From the NCBI GenBank assembly GCA_027604505.1, contig JADIIX010000021.1, positions 185,893 to 205,892 on the forward strand: a stretch of 20,000 bases of DNA, read 5' to 3'. Below the pieces are notes generated by a model that did not search any database, had not been told where the DNA came from, and was given only the letters and a program-made list of their open reading frames with translations. This stretch comes from Gonapodya sp. JEL0774. Its lineage: Eukaryota. Shown here in pieces: positions 1 to 9,474 of this stretch; the first letter of the stretch is position 1, and every line of letters begins with the position of its first letter. The position numbers were made by a program, and so were the translations under genes.

Positions 1-150
1 TCCGGGTTCCTTCCTGTTCGTCCACCCCAGATCAAAGTCATACGGCACCGATAGTGCCGGTTAGACCGTTTCCAAGTCTTTGCTCCGTATTCAAAAACAT
101 CATATACTACAAAACAGTGGTATAGCTAAAAAAGAAAAAAAAGAGACTCC

Positions 151-2432
151 TCACTTCTTTCCAAAGAAAGCCGTCAGCTTCTGCTGCCCCTTATCCTCCT
201 TTTTGTCTTTGTCCTTGACCTTCGTACCAGCCGCCTTGCCCGCACTTGCAGGTGACCCTTTCACCTGAACCTTGTTTGGCGCAGGTGAAGAAGCCAAATG
301 CTTCTGGGCGGTTATGGGTTTCGAGGGTGTTGTGGATCTGACTTCATTGGCGAACTTGGCAAGTCCACTGTCAGAGGGTCCCTCTGCCTTCTTCTTCGCC
401 GGCGGTGGTGTCAAAGTGTCCGACGTAGTGCCCGTCCCTCCATTGCCCCTCGACCTCTCACTCTTCCCTCTTTCCTCGTCCTCAGAATCAGTCTCCAACA
501 ACCGCTTCCTCTTCCCCGGCGTCACAAGAACGTTGCCTTGTGCCCCATCGCCTGTCCTACTTGCAAAGTGACCGTTTTGGTCGACCACACCGAGACCCGT
601 CTCCGCGGCCGCGCTGGAGGGCACTGGGGAAAGAGACTCGCCGTGGTCTGGCTCTGGCGCGTCGTCCCGGGGTATGTCCTCGTCTTCGTCCGAGACGGGG
701 ATCGCATCGGGTTCCATGTCCATTTCTCTGCTCGAAGCAGCACCGTCAGCGGTGGCAGACGCGGGCTCAGTCGTAGCTTGGTGAGGTTGAGTGGCAGGTT
801 GGTTCTGATCTCGCTGGCTCTCTTTTCCCCTCATCGTCGTAGGCTGTTTACCAAAGAAACCTGCTATACTCTGCAATCCACGTTCGTTTCCTAGATTGGA
901 TTTCTTGGCCCTCGCTGCTCGTGCCACGGCGTCAGGATCCGCAGGACGGGTGAGTTCCTGTGCAATGTCCGTATTGGCGTCAGCAAAGACTGTCGCACCA
1001 GTGGCATGTACAAAGCCACACGGGACGGGTGACTGGTCATAAACCCCACCTCTCCATCATTCTTGATGTTGCCCACGTCCGGGGCAACCGCCCACCACTC
1101 AATCTCTTTCCCTTCAAACGGTCTCAGAAGCTCCACGATTCGCGGGTCCGATACGGGAATGGAGTGGTCGAGCCAGAGGTCTATGGCGGTTCGATGGGGT
1201 TGCTTGGTCGGGGAAGAGACTCTGGACGGTGAGAGTGGAAGTGGAGATGGCGAGAGAATGACGGGCATACGGTCGTGGAGCCAAGATAAGGCCGGAGATG
1301 ACGAAGTGGTGATGATGGTGTAGGAGTAGACGTCGTTTCCTGTTTTTGAGGAGTGTGAGAGAAAGGGGTCAAACTCCCGCGAAGGGGGAACCAGAAACGG
1401 TACCATCGAGTGTAGCTTTGTCCCAGAGTCCTGCCATGAAGAAAAGATCTTTTCGATCATCGTCGGTGGGCCGTGTGGGCGCGTCTGGTTTCGTCTCTGT
1501 ATCGTCTTCATCTTTCATTCGCTCGATCCCAACGTCCCGCTTTGGACTGCATTGCTCCTCCACCACCGTGGTGCTCCTAGATCGTACGCTGTCCGTGCTA
1601 CTTGTAACTCCACCGTCTCCATCTCCGTCCATGGGCAACCTCATGCTCCCTGGTCGGGGATGAACGTAGTAAGGAACTTTGGCAGACATGCCGCGAGATT
1701 TGTCCCATTCGTAGAAGCTGGTCGAGCGTCATGCGGGATGTTTCAGGGAGGGAGATGAGAGAAAGGACGAGCTGGTCTGCACCGCCCCCCGCCACTTACC
1801 CTTCCGCCAAGACGACACAGCGCCTCTTGTTCTTCACTGCGCGGAACATGCTCTTTTCACTCGGTCCCGGCAGGATGGAATCGTCCCTGGCGTTGATTGT
1901 GCGGGCCATGGAGGCGTAGTCGGGTGTGCTGAGGAGATTGGGAACAATTGTCACAATGTGAACGGAGAATCGACTCCTTGTCCCACAATGTGTGAGCTTA
2001 CTCAACAGTTTTACGCACCTCTTTGACCAAAATGGAATAAGTCCCCATTTGTGGGATCGTAGAACTTTGTTCCCGCTTTCGTCGAACACAATAACGGGCT
2101 GCATTCGAGTTGGCCCAACGTTGTGCGACGGTCGGTACTTGTCCTGCATGGGTCAATAATTGCGAAGACAAGCACTCGTCAGTTTTGGGACGACACGCGA
2201 ATCAATCACGAAAGTCTCAGCTCGACCTGATCGACCCAGGTAGAGACGCCTGCGGCGGTCTTGATTTGGTCCGGCGCCTGGAGTTCGACGAGCAATGTAT
2301 CAATGGTTACGAATTACGAACAAAGGTTTTTGAGCGAATCCAGTTGATATCAGAACTTCAAGTCGCAGTCGAATTTGATTCCTTTTTGCTTCCGCGAATT
2401 CTCACCAGCGCGAGAGCTGTTCGCCCGCACAT
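151..2432 (-). CDS. HMCES: SRAP-domain abasic-site processing protein (HMCES/YedK family), 7 exons, ~580 aa
   Basis: Exons (minus strand) 2432-2406, 2277-2227, 2143-2019, 1928-1800, 1717-1404, 1339-1050, 957-151 join in frame across GT-AG introns. The product has N-terminal MCGR (catalytic Cys2), RPSHNVGP, WGLIPFW, INAR, RRCVVLAEGFYEW, FMAGLWD, YTIITT and HDRMPVIL, all SRAP motifs. It ends in a long disordered tail with QQKLTAFF. Confidence 0.95.
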
Positions 2433-2611
2433 AAATCGAGTCGTTTAGTTGGTTCGCTTTCTCCCCTTGCTTCTTTCCCTACAGAATTGGTTGTGACCCG
2501 AAAGGCCACAGCACAAAAATCAGTATTACTCGGCAGGTAGTAACGGATGACCGACGACCTGCTTAGCACGCAGCGAAGCAAATGAGCGTCTATTTTACTC
2601 GTACTAATGGA

Positions 2612-2631
2612 CCAATTTGACGCGCCAATTT
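2612..2631. promoter_or_regulatory. Candidate E2F/MCB-like cell-cycle element flanked by CCAAT motifs, in the divergent promoter
   Basis: The sequence ccaatttgACGCGccaattt (reverse strand TTGGCGCGT) lies ~190 bp upstream of the HMCES ATG. Motif resemblance only. Confidence 0.3.
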
Positions 2632-2860
2632 TATATTTGGAATCTGATTTTTTCGACACCTGCTCACATCAGGCACGCGCTCAGTCACCGTGGAAGTTGA
2701 TTTATCGTGAATCTCCACAATGAATCTCCAGCGCTAATTTTTGATTCCAGACTCCATGAATGTTTTTTCGCATTACTGTCAGGGATGCCATCACAGGTGG
2801 GGCTGTGGGCACACACACGGTGCCAGGCGCAATGACATGGGTCCGAATGCGATCGCGAAA

Positions 2861-5800
2861 ATGGTTTCCACGTGGATCAACACAGGGGAGGTGGTATGCG
2901 TTCTTCTCGCCTCTTTCATAGTGGGAGGCGCGGCGACAGGACGAAGTGGACGAGACCTGGGTGAGTTTCCCCCTTGCGGGGCATCAGGTGGTTTCTCCGT
3001 ATTGTGACTGAACCCACATACAACAATCCAGCAGTTCATTCTCCCCTCGCACAACGTTCCCACCATTCTTCACTTATCGAGCGGCAAGGGAACTCAGCAA
3101 CCTGCGTGATTCCTGAGCTCACTGTGAGTAAACGAGATTGCTGACCACCCGGTTCTTTGGAGCTGTTCCGATTTGTCACCATTTCCAGTACTGCGCTGGA
3201 GCACCAGCGAGTGCCGAATATTGCATTCCCACAGGAGCCGTCTGCTGCTCTAATACCTGGTAATACTTTTTTCTCGCGACAATACCGGAAAGCTCCAATG
3301 TCTGACAAAGAATTCCAGGTGTCCCGACGGAACCACGTGCTCCGCCAGTGGGACGGAGTGTTTGGACTGCACGAATCGGTGCCCGAACACGACCACTGGG
3401 CAATGCTCCGAGTAAGTGTACGGCCGTCGTCAGTCGCATGTTCAATGACCCACCTTATTTATCCCCGTCAACCGGATCCGTCATCATAACTCTGATTCAG
3501 TCGTAAGTTTGATCAGCTAGTACTCACCGTGCTCTAAAAGTGGTTTTCTCAGACAAGTCTCTTCAGCCTTGACAGGTACGCTTCTTTCCCCTTCTCCATC
3601 TCGATCAACCGTGACATTCAAACCACCTTCGTACCACAAACAAAACTCTCAGATTACTTCAATTGCGGGAAAGTAAGCTCTACTGTATAAGCAGTGCTGC
3701 TTTTTCCGTCCTGACTGAGTGCCCTCCTCGTTGTAGTGTGGGACTTGGTGGTTAGTATGGCTTGCACTCTGTTCCCAAATATTATACCGATACAACACAT
3801 TTCATTTCAAATCAGTGGAGGAGCGGGAGAAGTAGGTTGATCCCAACTTTCGAACGTTAACCTTAACGAGACGTTTCTACAAACCCACTACAGAAGCTTA
3901 TTGGAAATGCAGGAATAGGCAAGGGCTACTGTGGGAACGGCCAGTGTCAAGTCCGTAGGTTTCCTCCAGGGCTCTTTCAGAATCCTCTGTCTGCACTTCT
4001 GGATTAACCATGGTCCTCGCTCAGGATGTGCACCCAACTACACTTCCATCGGAATTGATCCCACTGTCGGAATTGCGTGTGGTATGTGCCCATGGATTTT
4101 GAGGTTGCGCTTGAAGATGTGTTCTGAAGAACGTGCTTGTTTGACGACCGTTCAGTCAATAACGCCACCTCATTCCCATTCTGCGCCAATGACATCAAAC
4201 TGACTTACGTTGGGACGCTTCCCAGTGCCAAGTACCTCTGGAAAGATAATAAAGGGTCAGTTCGCCATCCCAAACCGTCTATCCTGTTATCACAGTCCCA
4301 TTATTCCCGCTGCCCAAAAACAAACGATTTTTGTATTTTTTGTTCATCCCAGCTTCTGCAGCGGCTGCGACGATCCACCTGGCATCCTAATTTGGAACAA
4401 TACGAGGTCTTTGTGCGATTCTGCTCTGATCCCCAAGCCCCCCTCCTCCCCGTCCCCCTCAACTCCACCGCCATCGCCGCCATCGCCGCCATCGCCGCCA
4501 TCGCCGCCGGAGAGTGGCACTAACGTGGGTCTCATTGCTGGCGTGTCCGCTGGTGCAGTGGCTCTTGTTACTGGTGGGATGGTGGCGTTTTTGGTTTGGA
4601 CAAGGAGGAAGAGCAAGGAAGATGGGTCTTCAGGTGACACTCCGAGGTAAGCCATACGATTTTACTGAGGTTCAACTCTTCATTAATGGTCGTTGGCCGC
4701 AGCCACAACGTACGAGAACCTTTGCTTCAAGAAAACTTACTCCCATCTCCCACAAGCTCCATTGCCCCCTTGGTGAAGCCCGGTGAACCCGTGAGTGCGG
4801 TTGACGTAAGCCAAAAAAATGTTAATTCCTGACTCTTCCGTAGGTACCCCATTGGTTTTTTGTGCGAGTAGCACAAGTAGGTACACACGAGGGGGAAAAG
4901 TCCCCCGTCTCCCTCGTCACCAACTGACTCGAATCACTTCTCTAGCCCCTCCAACGACTCGGTAATCTCAGCGTTCCGTATAACGGCACTCCGTTTGTGG
5001 TACAGAATGAGGTTCGTTTGTGCACGTTTCTTGGGAGTGATGGGCTGACATTCTCCTTTCTACGCTGCAGTTTTTGCCATCTGCAGAGGATGAATTATAC
5101 CTCCGGCCTGGCTCCTTTGTGAATGTGTGTACTTTGATGTAACTTTACTTTGCTCGGCTAATCTAATTTGTTGTATTACCCCAAGGTCCGTGAGATTTTT
5201 CGGGTACGCTCATTATCCTGGCACTCTGACCGTCTCTGGTCAGGTTGATTTTCGGCACACTCAATTCGCGTTTTGTGTTGCAGGACGGTTGGGCACTCGG
5301 TGACGATGTTGAGTCGGGCCAACTAGGAATGTTCCCCGTTGGTTGTTTGCGCCTTTCCGGCGTAGGGTCCCCCTCATCTGCTTCCAGCTTTGGGTGGCCG
5401 GTAACGAACTCGGTGGCCTACGATCCCCGGGTTGCGTCGTATTCTGTCAGCTTATCCCAGGTGAAACAACAGCGGCGGGACCTGGCCAGTCCTTCTGTGG
5501 GGTCCGACGCAACATTATCGCAGTCGCGTCACGGAACGGGGTTATGGGTGAGCTTGGAATTAGACATACGCGTGATTCCCTAAATCATTTTTTATTGCGC
5601 TCAGGCCGAAGCGTCGGTGTCTGAACCACACTCTCCTCAGGGCACTCTCTACAGCCCGGAACCCCGCAGCTCACTTTCATTCCGTGAAACATCACCGTCC
5701 TCCTTCTCCGATCCACTCTTGGGTGCCACGAACCCCTATGACCCGAATGTTTACGCCGCACCCGGAACTCTCCCACCCCACCCGGCGCCCCTGCCCGCAT

Positions 5801-6006
5801 CTTCTTCAATCCACCTGGGACGTACAAGTGCATACACGGCAGCCGCAACTGGAACCTCGTCTACTATACAAAAAGCACATCCTTTGGAAATTTCGCCGCC
5901 GGCAAAATACCACTACGTTCCACCCCACCCAACTCCCAGATTAATATCTAATCCACTAGAAAGAGGATTCGTCATCCCAGGCGTTGAGGGGGGCAGGGGA
6001 GAATGA
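2861..6006 (+). CDS. Type I membrane protein: signal peptide, Cys-rich (Stig1-like) ectodomain, Pro/Ser stalk, TM helix, Fus1-type SH3, disordered tail; ~20 exons, ~617 aa
   Basis: Exons 2861-2960, 3032-3123, 3189-3259, 3319-3411, [3501-3502 + 3567-3575, or 3553-3575], 3653-3672, 3737-3750, 3816-3831, 3894-3954, 4025-4081, 4156-4255, 4353-4646, 4703-4790, 4844-4876, 4946-5011, 5071-5124, 5186-5203, 5284-5547, 5605-6006 join in one frame via GT-AG introns. Features: hydrophobic N-terminus VVCVLLASFIVGGAA; 22 Cys in the ectodomain; TM VGLIAGVSAGAVALVTGGMVAFLVW followed by TRRKSK; SH3 FVVQNEFLPSAEDELYLRPGSFVNVREIFRDGWALGDDVESGQLGMFPVGCL. The start is uncertain because there are upstream in-frame ATGs. 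Confidence 0.8.
4468..4503 (+). repeat. 9-bp tandem repeat (CCGCCATCG)x4 encoding (PPS)4 in the juxtamembrane stalk
   Basis: Perfect repeat directly visible within exon 4353-4646. Confidence 0.95.
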
Positions 6007-6258
6007 GACGAGAAGGGGGGTAGGAATTACCATACCCTTTATCGAACAAGGATTTATCATTGGACAGTCACCATTATGTACATGTTCCCATTAAGCGTTA
6101 AACTAGGTTTACTTAATTTACGGTATCGTCACTAAACGAACAGTAAAGGGGGAGTCAAGGTCCATCTCTTCCCCTCATTCACTTCCAAGCTAAGGTGATA
6201 TGTAAAGGTGGTGCGTGCATGGATGATACAACGCGTGAATTATGTACAAGCTTGATTT

Positions 6259-7031
6259 TTACGACTGGACGGCATCCTCCATGCCCGAGGCTTCCTCAGT
6301 GTCCGCCGTTGCTTCCTCGTGTGGAACACTTCGGCCCTCCTCCCCTTCACCAGTTACACCATCTGCATTAACACTCGCAACTGCGACAGAGTCGTCAGAG
6401 TTCAAAGAAGTTTTACGCACAATACTAACTCGCTCCATGTGGACACGTTTTCTAGTTGCGGCGATGACTTGGTAACGAGTGTCGTTCAACCCGAGCCCCC
6501 CACCACCAGAAGCAGCAGAGCTTCCTCCAACAGCCCCAACAGTTGCAGTTCTAACCCCGGCACCGACTGTACCCCACGAGTTTGCTCGAGATTGGTGGGG
6601 GGCTTGGCCGCTCCTGTCACCATCCCATCCAGGGGGCCCAACGACCAAGTCCGTACCGAGAGTCCTCTCGTGTTTTCCACGGAAGAAGAGAGAGCCAAGA
6701 CGCAGAAACGGAGTCGGGGAGTCGAGACCGATGATCTGGTAGGTTGGGTCGTTTTGAAGGGCGGCTCTCAGCACGGCGGGAGAGGTCTTGCGACCCAGAT
6801 CGAGCAACGCGTAAGTCGTCTTGATAGATGGCAGACAGAGGGGAATTCATCACGGGGGGAAACGGCAATCGTGGAACGATTTGAAACGGAAGACTTTTCA
6901 ACTTGTGTGAAAACACGGACTTCTTCTTCCCACTCTTCGTCAGTTTCATTGGGGTCATCTTGACGATGCTGCACTGGATCACGCGATGACGATGGAATCG
7001 ACTGTGACGGCCGGTTTGGTGGGTTGAACAT
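6259..7031 (-). CDS. Transcription factor TFIIIC subunit 6-like protein (GTF3C6/Sfc7 TFIIIC_sub6 domain), 2 exons, ~223 aa
   Basis: Exons 7031-6921 and 6819-6259 give DEEWEEE|TTYALLDLG...YQIIGLDSPTPFLRLGSLFFRGKHERTLGTDLVV. This matches the acidic leader plus the 'IIGLD..P.L..G...F.G.....LGT.L' pattern I recall for TFIIIC_sub6. Confidence 0.8.
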
Positions 7032-7418
7032 GGAAATTAAAGAAGGGTGATACAAAAGGTTGGTCGATCATCATTGCGAAAACCTTGGTTGCCAGAACAT
7101 AATAAGTATATGCGTTCCCTTAATTTCTCTTGTGAGTTTCGTTACTACTGTAAGCACTCTATGGGAGGGCGACTGCTGGTTGCTTTATAGTCTCTTTCGG
7201 CAGATTCCTCCGCGCCAGAGAAGTAAGGCATCCCGCCTCATAAATTCATAAAACCAACGAAGATTGGGAAATATTCATCGACATCCTCAGTCTCCAGTTC
7301 CCTCTGAAACACCGTTACCATATGGCTAATTTTGCATGGTGAGGAGGCTCAAATTTTGCTACTGCTAGCGAGGAATACCAAAGTCCCGATACATACATAC
7401 ACCATTGTGTTGATTATC

Positions 7419-8826
7419 CTAAGCACTTTGTTGATCCACCGTCTCTTGTCCAAGAGAAGCGCTCTGCCGCACCGCGGACTCAGGCAAAGGTGCGAACCCC
7501 GCAAACCTCTTCGAGATGTTCCTCCCCAAAGTCGTCAGACCAACCATGTCGGCTGCAGTAGCCACCGGGTGCACGGTCATCATATCGCTCTTTGTGATCA
7601 CTGATTTTCCCCTCCCCCGGAATTCTTTGACGAGGCGTGTTTTGCTGTAGTACCGCATAACAGTGAAGCACAGCACAAAGAAGAAAATGATGCTCAGGCC
7701 GAGGAGCAACAAGTACCAATACTGGAGGTTTGTGCAGCAATGTGAGAGGTATCACCGTTGAACTGCCCTGACAAGAACTTGTAACCACGCACCATTCCAA
7801 CATCGCTGTACAGTCCTCCAATGACTGATATCCCCGAACACAACATGCATAGAATTCCTTGTTCGTGGAAAGAGCATGTTAGCTAGGATGCCGTTGATGC
7901 GTCCCGGATACCTTCTCAAAACCCACCAAAAAAGGTGGCAACGAACGGAATATCAAAAAGGTACCAAAATGCTACGGTGAATTCTGCCATGAGCCGTGGG
8001 CCTACGAAGTTTGCCTGCCTCGCAACATGATTCGAAATTTGTTCTCCCCCCCCCTCCTTGCAAAACATCAACAGTGCACCCACTTCATTCGTCAGCACCA
8101 CACTCAACATTGCGGCAGTTAAGTTCAACAAGAACGCCGTGCCCAAAAGCACCCCGCACGTTGTTGTTCGATCTAAGTTGACATAGCTTATTGTTTGCGC
8201 GGAGGGCAGAAAGACTGGCAAGCTCTGTGTCGTGACAAAGTATGTGAAACCAGTTGTAGCACCCGAAATGGTCAAGATCGTAGACCAGTACTTTGCATTG
8301 GGAGATGAGCCGCGCCGCATGAAGTGCTAGGTAACCGGCAGAGAACTTACGGAGTTTGCTCTTTCGTACAAAGCTCTCTCATCATCGTCGTCTTTGTCAA
8401 TCTTGATATTCTCTTGCGAGCCCATCTGCCGCTCGATAATCTTTTGAGCCTGGGTTCTCCATTCCACGAACATCGATGTCTCGCTTTACATGTGCTATGG
8501 TTCACGCCGCCAGTCTGCGCCACATCTCAGGTGTTTCAAGACCACAATGTTACAGCACTGCTTCGTGACAAATAAACTACGTACTTGCGAAGATCTCTGC
8601 TCAAGAGGGGACAGCATGGGAAAAGAGAGTGGGGAAAGAATGCATCTCCGGTGTGAACTAACTTGATCTTGGTGTTGGGACCGAGCGACTCCCGACCCCC
8701 CTTGTTCATGTTGTAAAAGCAAGCGCACTTCATTTCCGCGTGTGAGAAATAACATTGCAAATAAATAGAACCCGGGGGCCGCTCGACTTTCGTGTCGGTC
8801 ACCACCTCACTCTCAATTATTCCCAT
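7419..8826 (-). CDS. Uncharacterised four-pass membrane protein, ~7 exons, ~323 aa
   Basis: Exons 8826-8663, 8596-8585, 8483-8351, 8290-8084, 8014-7927, 7857-7793, 7721-7419 join in frame. Four hydrophobic segments: YWSTILTISGATTGFTYFV; CGVLLGTAFLLNLTAAMLSVVL; FDIPFVATFFGGILCMLCSGISVIGGLY; WYLLLLGLSIIFFFVLCFTVM. The 5' exons are less certain. Confidence 0.7.
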
Positions 8827-9474
8827 ATGACACCGGCCCACGCTTCAACTCATGATCTATACACGAAAAGATAATACACATTGATTCGTCCCCTCTGCGC
8901 GCGTATCGGCACATAATTATCCTGCATGTTGAATCCCTCTCCTCCCCTTCTTTTTTTTGTGGTTGGTTTCCCCCCACTGTAGAGGAACAGATGACCAAGA
9001 AACAGAGAAGAAAATTGATTATCGTGGTTCTCTTTCTCCTGTGACGGTTGGATGGGTGCTGAGTGTTTCGGCCTCCCCCTGTCAGTCCTGCCCTCCTTTT
9101 CACTTCTTTGGTTGCAGCACTTCTAGCTCACAGATTTCATTGTGCTCGTTTGTCTGTGTATCTCAACAGTGCTTGTATTTAAATGTGAATCCGCCCCCGT
9201 CTCCCAGTTTACCCCCCTCTTTCATTTCTGTTTGCACCCATCACCGGCTCTTTGTCCCCACGGTGTTTCTCAATGAAGCGGTTCCATAACGGCATCCGCA
9301 GTAAGTTTGGAAAATGGTCACAGTGCGAAGCTCAAACTTCCATTCCCTCGTCTTGCTCTGAGCCTTCCTTGTCCTCCCTCCTCCGTCCCTGTTTTTCCTG
9401 CCATCCAATCCCGGGACCCTCCGGCACCACGGCTCAGTATTATGTGTTGTACCTTCTATCCCAGTGACTCTGGC

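Noticed and set aside
272..894. Plus-strand ORFs of 99 and 198 aa
   Set aside because: They are antisense to the last HMCES exon.
3412..3566. Stwintron (nested intron) interpretation of the closely spaced splice sites
   Set aside because: Excising 3412-3500 does not assemble a new GT donor across the junction (it reads GA|TC), so a microexon fits better.
4301..4655. Minus-strand ORFs with MAA or GGD repeats
   Set aside because: They are reverse readings of the (CCGCCATCG)4 repeat in the membrane-protein stalk.
6319..6963. 214-aa plus-strand ORF
   Set aside because: It is antisense to the TFIIIC subunit 6-like gene, has a non-ATG start and shows no domain.
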